This document shows, one piece after another, positions 28,161 to 35,671 of a DNA stretch of 35,671 nucleotides. The notes beneath the pieces are model-generated. The model was given only the letters and a program-made list of their open reading frames with translations. It was not told the origin of the DNA and searched no databases. The first letter of the stretch is position 1. Each line of letters begins with the position of its first letter. Origin of the DNA: Desulfurococcales archaeon (GTDB lineage Archaea; Thermoproteota; Thermoprotei_A; CAZTBM01; SZUA-1508); contig DQVH01000010.1 of assembly GCA_015661855.1 (NCBI GenBank), positions 1-35,671 of the forward strand, read 5' to 3'. The position numbers and the translations under genes were made by a program.

Positions 28161-30371
28161 ATGGTTAAGTATAAAATGGTAAAGGATATAATTAAGATAA
28201 TGAACAACCTTGAGCAAGTTAGAAACATAGGTATAATAGCACACGTAGATCACGGTAAAACAACCACTTCAGATCATCTTCTAATGGCAGCTGGTATACT
28301 ATCACCTAAAGTTGCTGGGGAAGCTCTAGCTCTAGACTATTTAGATGTAGAGCAGCGTAGAGGTATTACAGTTAAATCAGCAAACATAAGTCTATATCAC
28401 GAGTATGAAGGTAAACCATATGTAATTAACCTTATCGATACACCAGGTCATGTTGACTTTTCAGGTAAGGTAACACGAGCTTTAAGAGTACTTGATGGAG
28501 CTCTAGTAATAGTTGATGCTGTAGAGGGTGTTATGACACAAACGGAAACAGTACTAAGACAGGCATTAGAGGAGAGAGTTAGACCACTACTCTACATAAA
28601 TAAAGTTGACAGGTTAATTAAAGAGTTAAAGTTAACACCAAGTGAAGTTCAGCAAAGACTAGTTCAAATAATTAAGGAGATTAATGGCTTAATAGATCTA
28701 TATGCTGAACCACAATTTAGAGATAAATGGAAACTTGATCCAGCTAAGGGTATGGTAGCCTTCGGTTCAGCTAAAGATAAGTGGGGTTTCACAGTACCAT
28801 ATGCTCAAAAGAAGGGTATCAAGTTTAGTGATGTCTACGAGGCATACCGTAGAGGCCCTGAGGGGGTAGAGGAGTTAGCTAAAACCGCACCACTACATGA
28901 ATCACTATTAGACATGATAGTTAAATTCATACCAAACCCATTAGAAGCGCAAAGATACCGTATACCTAAAATCTGGCGTGGCGATCTAAATTCACCTGTA
29001 GGTAAAGCAATGGTTGAGTGCGATCCCGATGGCCCAACAGTATTATTTGTAAACAATATTAATATAGATCCGCATGCAGGCCTTGTAGCAACCGGTAGAA
29101 TATTCTCAGGAGTAATAGAGGACGGTAAAGAGCTATGGCTTGTACAAGCTAGATCACCAGGTAAAGTCCTACAAACAAGTATATACATGGGCCCATATAG
29201 GGAAGTCGTTGATAAAGTACCTGCAGGAAACATAGTAGCAGTTCTAGGATTGGAAAGAGCTAGAGCAGGTGAAACAGCTATATCACCAGAATATAAGGAT
29301 GTAATGGTGCCATTTGAGAAGCTAAAGTATATATCCGAACCAGTAGTAACAATAGCTGTAGAGCCAAAGAATAGTAGAGACTTAACTAAACTAATAGATG
29401 TGTTACACAAAATGAGTATTGAAGACCCCAACCTCGTAGTCAAAATAAATGAGGAAACCGGAGAATACTTAATATCAGGTATGGGCCACTTACACCTAGA
29501 AATAGTACTCACATTAATGAAGGAGAATTATGGATTAGAGGTTGTAACATCACCACCAATAATAGTTTATAGAGAGAGTATTAAAGCGTCATCAAAGATA
29601 TTTGAGGGTAAATCGCCAAACAAACATAACAAAGTCTATATTAGTGTAGAACCACTAGACGAAACAACAATTAAACTAATACAGGAGGGTGTTGTTAGGG
29701 AGGATCAGGATAGACGTGAAAGAGCTAAAATACTGAGAGAGCAGGCTGGATGGGATGCAGATGAAGCCAGAAATATATGGGCTATAGATGAAAGAATTAA
29801 CGTATTCATAGACTTAACTAAGGGTGTACAGCATCTACGTGAAGTTAAGGAAACAATAATTGGTGGATTCAGGTTAGCCATGAGTGAAGGCCCTCTAGCA
29901 CATGAGCCTGTTAGAGGAGTAAAAGTAATATTACATGACGCAATAATACATGAAGATCCAGCACATAGAGGTCCGGCACAACTATACCCTGCAGTCAGAA
30001 ATGCTATATTCGCTGGAATGCTTACAGCTAAACCAACACTACTAGAGCCTATTCAGAAGATAGACATTAAGACACCAATGGAGTATATGGGTGATATTAC
30101 AAGAGTTATAACACAGAGAAGAGGGAGAATCTTAAACGTTATACATCAAGGACCTATAGTGAGAATTATAGGTGAAATACCGGTAGCCGAAAGTCATGAT
30201 CTAGCGTCTGTGCTTAGAGGAGTCTCAGCAGGAAGAGCATTCTGGGGTACAGAATTTAGTAGATGGGCACCAGTACCTGATAACCTGCTACCCGAAATCA
30301 TAAGGAAGATTAGAGAAAGGAAGGGACTACCTCCAGAACCACCTAAAGTAGAAGATTTCATAGGTCCATAA
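28161..30371 (+). CDS. fusA: Elongation factor 2 (aEF-2)
   Basis: 736 aa. [29 protein letters not shown]. The diphthamide loop is [11 protein letters not shown]. Confidence 0.97.
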   Translation: MVKYKMVKDIIKIMNNLEQVRNIGIIAHVDHGKTTTSDHLLMAAGILSPKVAGEALALDYLDVEQRRGITVKSANISLYHEYEGKPYVINLIDTPGHVDFSGKVTRALRVLDGALVIVDAVEGVMTQTETVLRQALEERVRPLLYINKVDRLIKELKLTPSEVQQRLVQIIKEINGLIDLYAEPQFRDKWKLDPAKGMVAFGSAKDKWGFTVPYAQKKGIKFSDVYEAYRRGPEGVEELAKTAPLHESLLDMIVKFIPNPLEAQRYRIPKIWRGDLNSPVGKAMVECDPDGPTVLFVNNINIDPHAGLVATGRIFSGVIEDGKELWLVQARSPGKVLQTSIYMGPYREVVDKVPAGNIVAVLGLERARAGETAISPEYKDVMVPFEKLKYISEPVVTIAVEPKNSRDLTKLIDVLHKMSIEDPNLVVKINEETGEYLISGMGHLHLEIVLTLMKENYGLEVVTSPPIIVYRESIKASSKIFEGKSPNKHNKVYISVEPLDETTIKLIQEGVVREDQDRRERAKILREQAGWDADEARNIWAIDERINVFIDLTKGVQHLREVKETIIGGFRLAMSEGPLAHEPVRGVKVILHDAIIHEDPAHRGPAQLYPAVRNAIFAGMLTAKPTLLEPIQKIDIKTPMEYMGDITRVITQRRGRILNVIHQGPIVRIIGEIPVAESHDLASVLRGVSAGRAFWGTEFSRWAPVPDNLLPEIIRKIRERKGLPPEPPKVEDFIGP

Positions 30372-30408
30372 AATACAGCCTATAAGCTCTTAAACTTCCC
30401 TCACATTA

Positions 30409-31533
30409 GTGGGGTGTTGTATATTTAGTGAAGACAAATTAAAGGTTAATAGAAGACAGCTAAAAAGGATTATACAGGAGCTTTCAAAGTGGAAAGCTCC
30501 AGCAACAATACTCTTAAGTCTATATATACCTCCAGGAAGACACATAGGCGACGTATTAAATCTATTAAGACAGGAACTTGCAATAACAGACAACATTAAG
30601 TTGAAAAGGACAAGAGATGCAGTTAAAAGAGCTCTCTCAGCAGCAATAGATAGGCTAGCTATGATCAGAAAGAATCCTGAAAACGGATTAGTCGTATTTT
30701 CAGGAGTTAATGTTGAAACAGGAGACTTCATATGCTTAATCTTTAGCCCACCTGATCCTGTCCCAGTATACTTCTATAGGACGGATAAGGAATTTCATCT
30801 CGAATTCCTAAAGGATATGGTTGAGGAATCACAGGTATACGGCTTAATATTAATAGAGAGAGATCAAGCAACAATAGGTGTTCTTAAGGGATCTAGATTA
30901 ATGGTACTAGATGAAATAGAAGACTACATACCCGGAAAACACCATAAGGGAGGCCAAAGTCAAAGAAGATTTGATAGAATAATAGAGCAACTTGTACAAA
31001 ACTTCTACAAAAAGGTTGCAGAAAGAGCGAAAGAACGCTTCCTACCACTACTAAATGAGGGGAAACTAGCCGGTATACTTATAGGTGGACCAGGCTATGC
31101 AAAATACGATTTCGTAGAAGGTAAGTACTTAGACTATAGACTTCAATCTAAAATCCTAACTCCACTATACGACGTCTCATACCAGGGTGAATCAGGATTA
31201 AGAGAGCTAGTAATGAGAGCTCATGAAAAACTTAAAAGCCAGAGATATGTAGGTGCATTAAAAGCTATTGAGGAATTCAAATTACACATAGTTAAAGACG
31301 ACGGATTAGCTGTATACGGTGATGAAGACGTTAAAAACGCTCTACGACAAGGACTACTAAAAGTAATAATAGTCCATGAGGATAGGCGGGATGTAGATCA
31401 GTTAGTGGATGAAGCCAAAAACTACGGTACAGAATGCCATATAGTAAATGATGAAATACCCGAAGGAGAATGGATAAAGAAAACATTTAATGGAATAGTA
31501 GGTATACTTAGATATAAAGTTCAAATCGCATAG
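30409..31533 (+). CDS. prf1: Peptide chain release factor aRF1
   Basis: 374 aa with a GTG start. GGQ motif (HKGGQSQRRF), LLSLYIPPG, and an NIK(S)-loop that reads DNIKLKRTRD. Confidence 0.9.
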   Translation: MGCCIFSEDKLKVNRRQLKRIIQELSKWKAPATILLSLYIPPGRHIGDVLNLLRQELAITDNIKLKRTRDAVKRALSAAIDRLAMIRKNPENGLVVFSGVNVETGDFICLIFSPPDPVPVYFYRTDKEFHLEFLKDMVEESQVYGLILIERDQATIGVLKGSRLMVLDEIEDYIPGKHHKGGQSQRRFDRIIEQLVQNFYKKVAERAKERFLPLLNEGKLAGILIGGPGYAKYDFVEGKYLDYRLQSKILTPLYDVSYQGESGLRELVMRAHEKLKSQRYVGALKAIEEFKLHIVKDDGLAVYGDEDVKNALRQGLLKVIIVHEDRRDVDQLVDEAKNYGTECHIVNDEIPEGEWIKKTFNGIVGILRYKVQIA

Positions 31534-31545
31534 TAACACGTATTC

Positions 31546-31577
31546 TATAAACATTACCTTTTTAAATATAAACATTA
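31546..31577 (+). repeat. Two exact 11-nt direct repeats TATAAACATTA spaced 21 nt apart, with a third partial copy AAACATT at 31582-31588
   Basis: Verified base by base at 31546-31556 and 31567-31577. They lie in the intergenic region between aRF1 and the membrane-protein gene at 31657. Confidence 0.5.
31559..31563 (+). terminator. T5 run 26 nt downstream of the aRF1 stop (possible archaeal intrinsic terminator)
   Basis: TTTTT lies in the AT-rich intergenic region. Oligo-T is the known archaeal termination signal. There is no further support. Confidence 0.3.
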
Positions 31578-31656
31578 TTAAAAACATTTTTATATCTACT
31601 ACGTAGAAATAGCTAGGCAGAAATGAAATTTTTGTTTAAAAGGAGGGATTTAGAGA

Positions 31657-31974
31657 ATGAGTAGAGACCAAATCATAGGCTTACTATTACTGGTAGGCTC
31701 AATAATAGTGATAGTAGTGTATGGATGGATAATCTTCTTCATTGAAGCATGGAGTTTAATATTACTAAAGCTTACAGCATTCATTGGAGTTGCTGCCGTA
31801 CTAGGTATATTAGCATGGATTGGTTACACTTTAGCAACAACACCTCCCCCTAAACCTATTGAGGAGATAGAAAAGGAAATCGAGAAGGAACTTAAAGAGC
31901 TGGAAGAGTCAATGAAATCTGAGGAGGGAAAAGGTAAAGAGGAAAAGAAAGTAGAGAGCGAGAGTAAACAGTAA
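31657..31974 (+). CDS. Small membrane protein (2-3 TM helices) with a Glu/Lys-rich C-terminal tail
   Basis: 105 aa. An aggaggg Shine-Dalgarno sequence lies about 10 nt upstream. The hydrophobic N-terminal 65 aa are followed by PPPKPIEEIEKEIEKELKELEESMKSEEGKGKEEKK. Confidence 0.55.
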   Translation: MSRDQIIGLLLLVGSIIVIVVYGWIIFFIEAWSLILLKLTAFIGVAAVLGILAWIGYTLATTPPPKPIEEIEKEIEKELKELEESMKSEEGKGKEEKKVESESKQ

Positions 31975-32065
31975 AACATAAAATATTGAAGATCTAGCAA
32001 AGGTAATTAAGTGTAAACGCTTTTTACTCTATTGAGTATACTTTTATCTAGTAGGTGCTACAGTA

Positions 32066-32356
32066 TTGGAGCTAATAGTCCCCTTACTAATACTTATAAT
32101 TAGCTTAACAATAATAGATATAGCAGTAACATTCACAGCCTACATCTCCCATAGTTCACTCTTAAACTATAACCTTATAAGGAGGATAGCACTTCTAAAA
32201 TTACTATCTAGCATATTCTACGTAATAGTAGCCTGGATAGCTTATACCTTTGGAGGTAGAAAAGTTAAGGAGATAGTTCTCGTCATAAGCTTCTTAATAA
32301 ACATATTCCTAATAGCTATGGTATGGTTAAATGTAGTTTCACTTTACATAACCTAA
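32066..32356 (+). CDS. Small integral membrane protein (3 predicted TM helices)
   Basis: 96-aa hydrophobic ORF with a TTG start. No motif recognised. Confidence 0.45.
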   Translation: MELIVPLLILIISLTIIDIAVTFTAYISHSSLLNYNLIRRIALLKLLSSIFYVIVAWIAYTFGGRKVKEIVLVISFLINIFLIAMVWLNVVSLYIT

Positions 32357-32388
32357 TGTTCTCCACAGAGTATTAGAGGAAAATAGTT

Positions 32389-33723
32389 ATGGATAATAAG
32401 TGGATTAACACGTATAATGAGGTTGTCAAGTTCCTCGATACGTATGATAAAGATAGAAAGTTTAATTTTCAAGGGCACTGTAAAAGACTATTCGAAAACC
32501 TAGTAGGTAAACTTAAAGATGAATTTATAGAGTATGTTTTAGGAGATGAGGTAAATATAGCATATAAGTGGATTAACATACTATCAGATGCCTTAAGGAA
32601 ACTACAAAGCACATTAAACATTAAGGGTACTACATTCCCTAAGGAGTTTAAGAGGTTTATTGATGACCCTAGAGGCCATCTTAAAAGAAAAATATTCAAC
32701 TACCTCTACGACTTATTAAGAAATAAGATAACAGTAGATGAGTTTACAAGGAGAGCTCAAGCTGCAATAACAACATCGTTTAGAACCAATCTACGCTCAC
32801 TATACCAATACTGGGTATTTATATCACTATTAAACATGTTAGGTAGTAAAGGGGCAAAACTAGTCTATCCTGAACACCTGTATCTACCACTAGATAGAAG
32901 TGGTAAGCAGAAAACAGGAACCATACCCCCAAACACTATACTATTCATTGAGGATAAAGGGTACTTAAGCTTCTTTCTAGAAGCTCCCAGACCTATAGGA
33001 TGGGAGGATACAGATGATTTAAAAAGATCATGGAGCTTCTATGTTGCTCTAAGACCAGACATAATGGTTTATAGTGGTTTAAAAATGAATATAATCGATT
33101 TAAATAATAACCCCCCAATAGCCAAACCAGATATAATTATTGAATGCAAGGAGCTTGATGACTGGTTCATAAGAGTACGTGATATGAGAGGTCAATTCGC
33201 AAAACCATTAACTGCCGAAGAGTGGCGAAGTAGATGGATTGAAGGATTATGGGAGGGACTTGCTGAGGCAATGGGCGTACAGAGAGCTGAAGTTGAAAAA
33301 AGAATTAAGGAGAAGAAGAGTATTCGACTAAGAGAAGATAGAATAGTGAAACTATACAAAAAGGTATACAATCCCAAACTCATGTTCCTAGTTTCAAGAG
33401 CGAAAATACCAGTAGAAGTAAAGCAAAGTCTGGAGCGTGATGGAATAACAGTTATAGACGATGTAGGATTTAACTCTAAAAAGCTAATAGATATAGTTAA
33501 AGTTATTGAGGAACTAGCATCATTCTCAGGACTAACACATTACCCATTACACCTAAGATTACCTGTTAACCTTTATACAGACCTACTAAGGTTAGTAAAG
33601 GGGCTAAAATATACTATAAGGAGAGATTTACCTATCGAAGATTTAATAGTACTAGCATTGAAATATATTTTAGAAAACAAAGAAGAGTTCATGAAATATA
33701 TAGAGGGTAGTACTAAACTATGA
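32389..33723 (+). CDS. Uncharacterised protein with a PD-(D/E)XK nuclease-like core and a C-terminal ribbon-helix-helix-like domain
   Basis: 444 aa. Candidate catalytic residues are RPD224 (33058-33060) and E252-C-K254 (33142-33150), each in a hydrophobic strand context (FYVALRPDIMVY ... KPDIIIECKELDDW). Residues 386-430 (LHLRLPVNLYTDLLRLVKGLKYTIRRDLPIEDLIVLALKYILEN) follow the strand-helix-helix pattern of CopG/Arc/MetJ domains. Confidence 0.45.
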   Translation: MDNKWINTYNEVVKFLDTYDKDRKFNFQGHCKRLFENLVGKLKDEFIEYVLGDEVNIAYKWINILSDALRKLQSTLNIKGTTFPKEFKRFIDDPRGHLKRKIFNYLYDLLRNKITVDEFTRRAQAAITTSFRTNLRSLYQYWVFISLLNMLGSKGAKLVYPEHLYLPLDRSGKQKTGTIPPNTILFIEDKGYLSFFLEAPRPIGWEDTDDLKRSWSFYVALRPDIMVYSGLKMNIIDLNNNPPIAKPDIIIECKELDDWFIRVRDMRGQFAKPLTAEEWRSRWIEGLWEGLAEAMGVQRAEVEKRIKEKKSIRLREDRIVKLYKKVYNPKLMFLVSRAKIPVEVKQSLERDGITVIDDVGFNSKKLIDIVKVIEELASFSGLTHYPLHLRLPVNLYTDLLRLVKGLKYTIRRDLPIEDLIVLALKYILENKEEFMKYIEGSTKL

Positions 33724-33995
33724 TTAATGGATATATCGATAAAAGATTATTCATTATAGGTTTACTATTAATACTCTTTAGTGTAACGTTAATCCTAGTA
33801 ATTCCCTTACTTATAACAGCCAATCAAGTTAACACAAGATACTCAGGTATAGCTATAGTTGTGATAGGCCCCTTACCATTAATTCTATCATGGGGTGATT
33901 TAAACCTCTATATTCCGATTATAGTTGTAGTACTTTTAATCATAATATTTATACTTCTTTGCACTTTACTCTCAAGAATAACTTTAACCAGGTAA
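33720..33995 (+). CDS. Small integral membrane protein (2-3 TM helices)
   Basis: 91 aa. Its ATG overlaps the upstream stop (ATGA), suggesting translational coupling. Confidence 0.5.
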   Translation: MINGYIDKRLFIIGLLLILFSVTLILVIPLLITANQVNTRYSGIAIVVIGPLPLILSWGDLNLYIPIIVVVLLIIIFILLCTLLSRITLTR

Positions 33996-34004
33996 ATAGT
34001 ACTC

Positions 34005-35171
34005 ATGATGTTAAAGGATATATATTTAAAAATAATTTCATATATAACCATCATTGTTATTTCAGGCCTCACTTTCTACTCAGGTTACATTAATGCATTA
34101 AACTTCAACTGCTATATTAGTGATGAACAATGGTATGTATCAGCCGCTAGAAATATCCTCAAAACTATATTTCATGTAAATAATATAGATTGGTATCCCT
34201 ATCCACAAGCTGAAAGTATAGAGTCTTATCTTAATCTGGAGCATCCTCCACTAGGTAAATATTTAATTATGGCTGCTATGCTCATATTGGGCGATAGACC
34301 TCTCTTTTGGAGAATACCAAATATTATTGAGTCATCGATTATGATTATACTTGTATACCTCATCGCTCGTAAAATAACGAAATCTGATATATTAGCATTA
34401 GTGCCTCCAATATTATTATTTTTCGACCCTCTATTCAATGACATGAAGATTATTGCTATGCTTGATTTCCCCCAAGCATTCTTCACACTGTTAACAGTAT
34501 TCTTTATGGTTTACGATAGACCACTGCTAGCTAGTATTACAATAGGGTTAACGAGCTCAATTAAGTATAGTGGAGTTTTTCTAATACCCGGTTACACACT
34601 ATACCTATTTCTAAAACGTAACGTGGCAAAGGTTAAAGCGTTATCCTACATACTTATTATACCATTAGTTGTCTACACCATAATAAATATCCCTGTGATA
34701 CTCCATCTGGGAGGCTTAAAAGAGTGGATTGATATACAGTTTTGGGCTTTAAGCTGGCATACTAGTTACAAAAATAACCCCTTTATTTGCCCACCTTGGG
34801 GTTGGCTTATAAATCAAGAGCCATTTGTATTCTACTACTCACCTGAAGGTGTACCATTACTTTCAGCAAGAACTAATCCCTACATATACCCATTGATAAT
34901 CCCAACACTCATCATAACCCTAGTTATGTGTAAAGAGTGGTTTAACCTGTTCAAGGTCCATTTAATTCTATGGAGCTACTACTTAATGTACTATATATTA
35001 TATGCTATTGGTGGTAGAAGTCAGTTGTCATTCTATGCTATGCCCATGGCACCATTAGTATCTATAGTAGTACCATTAACGTTAGTTAAAGCGGTATTAG
35101 ATTACCATAAGCTCATTAGAAGAGTAAAAGAAATCATCGAGAACACGAAGAGATATTTAAACCATAGATAA
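34005..35171 (+). CDS. GT-C-fold membrane glycosyltransferase (PMT_2 / GT39-ArnT-like, dolichyl-phosphate-sugar dependent)
   Basis: 388 aa, polytopic. The first-loop motif ISDEQWYVSAARN (D40-E41 at 34122-34127) matches the 'DE' catalytic loop of PMT/ArnT-type enzymes. The LEHPPLGKYL motif follows. Confidence 0.65.
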   Translation: MMLKDIYLKIISYITIIVISGLTFYSGYINALNFNCYISDEQWYVSAARNILKTIFHVNNIDWYPYPQAESIESYLNLEHPPLGKYLIMAAMLILGDRPLFWRIPNIIESSIMIILVYLIARKITKSDILALVPPILLFFDPLFNDMKIIAMLDFPQAFFTLLTVFFMVYDRPLLASITIGLTSSIKYSGVFLIPGYTLYLFLKRNVAKVKALSYILIIPLVVYTIINIPVILHLGGLKEWIDIQFWALSWHTSYKNNPFICPPWGWLINQEPFVFYYSPEGVPLLSARTNPYIYPLIIPTLIITLVMCKEWFNLFKVHLILWSYYLMYYILYAIGGRSQLSFYAMPMAPLVSIVVPLTLVKAVLDYHKLIRRVKEIIENTKRYLNHR

Positions 35172-35226
35172 TATATTAACTTTAATCATGAACTCCATTA
35201 AGACTAGGAAGTTTAAGATATATGAG

Positions 35227-35323
35227 TGGTAGCCGGGCGGGGATTCGAACCCCGGTCGCGGGGGTTCTTCCCGACCTATTTCGGTCCAAAGCCCCGCATG
35301 CTTGGCCGCTACACCACCCGGCT
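35227..35323 (-). tRNA. tRNA-Gln (anticodon UUG) with a 21-nt intron at 37/38 and a genomically encoded CCA
   Basis: The reverse complement reads AGCCGGG-UG-GUGUAGCGGCCAAGCAUGC-G-CGGGG-CUUUGG[ACCGAAAUAGGUCGGGAAGAA]C-CCCCG-CGAC-CGGGGUUCGAAUCCCCG-CCCGGCU-A-CCA. It has a 7-bp acceptor stem with A1:U72, a T arm GGGGUUCGAAUCCCC, and anticodon UUG at 35287-35289. The intron is 35265-35285 and forms a helix-bulge-helix motif. Confidence 0.9.
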
Positions 35324-35347
35324 CCACTAAGTATTAATAGTGGGGAG

Positions 35348-35354
35348 TTTTTAT
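35348..35354 (-). promoter_or_regulatory. Candidate TATA box (ATAAAAA on the minus strand) for tRNA-Gln
   Basis: It is centred about 28 nt upstream of the mature tRNA 5' end at 35323, which is the expected archaeal TATA-to-start distance. It rests on position alone. Confidence 0.3.
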
Positions 35355-35436
35355 CGCTAACTCTTGTTGAATAAAATATTTATCCAGCTTTACTGAGTAA
35401 GTGATGGTGGTATTAGTGGGAGGTTGAAACAGATAT

Positions 35437-35671
35437 ATGGTTGAGTTTAAACATTGGGTTGAGAAACTAGTTGATAAACTTACTAAGACCAGAAGTCCAC
35501 CATACATTGTTGGATCAGGTATTACTACTAGTGGTCCACCGCATCTTGGGACGGTATGTGAATTCCTATACCCATGGGCTATAGTTCAAGAACTTCGTAG
35601 TAGAGGTTACGAGGCATACTTTATATTTGTAGGAGATATAATGGACGCCTTTGATAGTATACCGGCAGATC
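35437..35671 (+). CDS. lysS: Lysyl-tRNA synthetase, class I, N-terminal fragment (continues beyond the window)
   Basis: ATG at 35437 with a ggaggt Shine-Dalgarno sequence 10 nt upstream. MVEFKHWVEKLVDKL..PPYIVGSGITTSGPPHLGTVCEFLYPWAIVQELRSRGYEAYFIFVGDIMDAFDSIP parallels the class I LysRS N-terminus (SGITPSG.vH.GN..E...DD.D...K.P), including the HxGx 'HIGH' equivalent. Confidence 0.7.
   Translation, partial: MVEFKHWVEKLVDKLTKTRSPPYIVGSGITTSGPPHLGTVCEFLYPWAIVQELRSRGYEAYFIFVGDIMDAFDSIPAD

Noticed and set aside
28835-29512. Long antisense ORFs inside well-supported genes. Examples: 225 aa opposite aEF-2; 1899-2405 opposite DUF359; 21064-21561 opposite rrp41/rrp42; 20545-20964, 11565-11999 and 14097-14465.
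   Set aside because: Their translations are low-complexity and Ser/Thr/Ile/Leu-rich with no motifs. Each lies fully within a strongly conserved sense gene. Such shadow ORFs are expected opposite purine-rich, AT-rich coding strands.
30592-30603. Genetic-code or stop-codon reassignment suggested by the NIKL variant in aRF1.
   Set aside because: All three stop codons terminate conserved genes at the expected protein ends within this window.
31534-35323. An integrated mobile element or provirus inserted at tRNA-Gln.
   Set aside because: I could find no integrase, transposase or viral hallmark gene, and no direct repeat of the tRNA 3' half (for example ggattcgaacc) elsewhere in the window. Base composition looks the same as the flanks. 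Only comparative genomics could revive the idea.
35396-35430. CUGA...GUGAUGG...UUGA box-like strings upstream of lysS, considered as a fourth C/D sRNA.
   Set aside because: There is no credible C box upstream, and the spacing is wrong. The segment overlaps the lysS Shine-Dalgarno and leader region. It is most likely a chance occurrence.
1-35671. CRISPR arrays, cas genes, toxin-antitoxin pairs and restriction-modification systems.
   Set aside because: There are no regularly spaced repeats and no Cas-like or methyltransferase-endonuclease pairs. The single PIN protein at 573-986 is the conserved Fcf1-like housekeeping gene and has no antitoxin partner.

Overview
This is a 35.7-kb AT-rich window whose tRNA is GC-rich. 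Its gene content and order are typical of a hyperthermophilic crenarchaeon, possibly Desulfurococcales-like, though that placement is inference only. About 90% of the window is densely packed housekeeping genes, many with overlapping stop/start codons and TTG/GTG starts. (i) 1-8.3 kb holds the aIF2-gamma / PIN / Rpo7 / Spt4 / DUF359 / S24e / S27ae / Kae1 / Bud32 cluster, followed by ITPase, S15, a degenerate RecJ-like protein, a Pcc1-like paralogue and S3Ae. (ii) 8.4-12.8 kb holds a tight four-gene block: THUMP-SPOUT methyltransferase, sugar nucleotidyltransferase, B12-type radical SAM and a small conserved protein. (iii) 12.8-15.1 kb holds a YchF-like GTPase and a 2-hydroxyacid dehydrogenase, transcribed divergently. 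(iv) 15.2-24.9 kb holds the classical archaeal exosome superoperon: L15e, DUF54, Rpp30, Pop5, PsmA, SBDS, Rrp4, Rrp41, Rrp42, L37Ae, Brix, Pcc1, prefoldin-beta and a DHH phosphoesterase. A 510-nt non-coding gap inside it carries three box C/D sRNAs and one unusual long-stem RNA. (v) 24.9-31.5 kb holds an ECF-transporter energizing module, a 5-formyl-THF cyclo-ligase-like gene, aEF-2 and aRF1. The only accessory-looking stretch is 31.6-35.2 kb. It contains three small membrane proteins, a 444-aa protein with a PD-(D/E)XK nuclease signature and a C-terminal ribbon-helix-helix-like tail, and a GT-C glycosyltransferase. It ends at an intron-containing tRNA-Gln(UUG) and the 5' end of a class I lysyl-tRNA synthetase gene. 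I saw no CRISPR array, transposase or integrase. All functional calls rest on motif recognition and remembered synteny, not on database searches.
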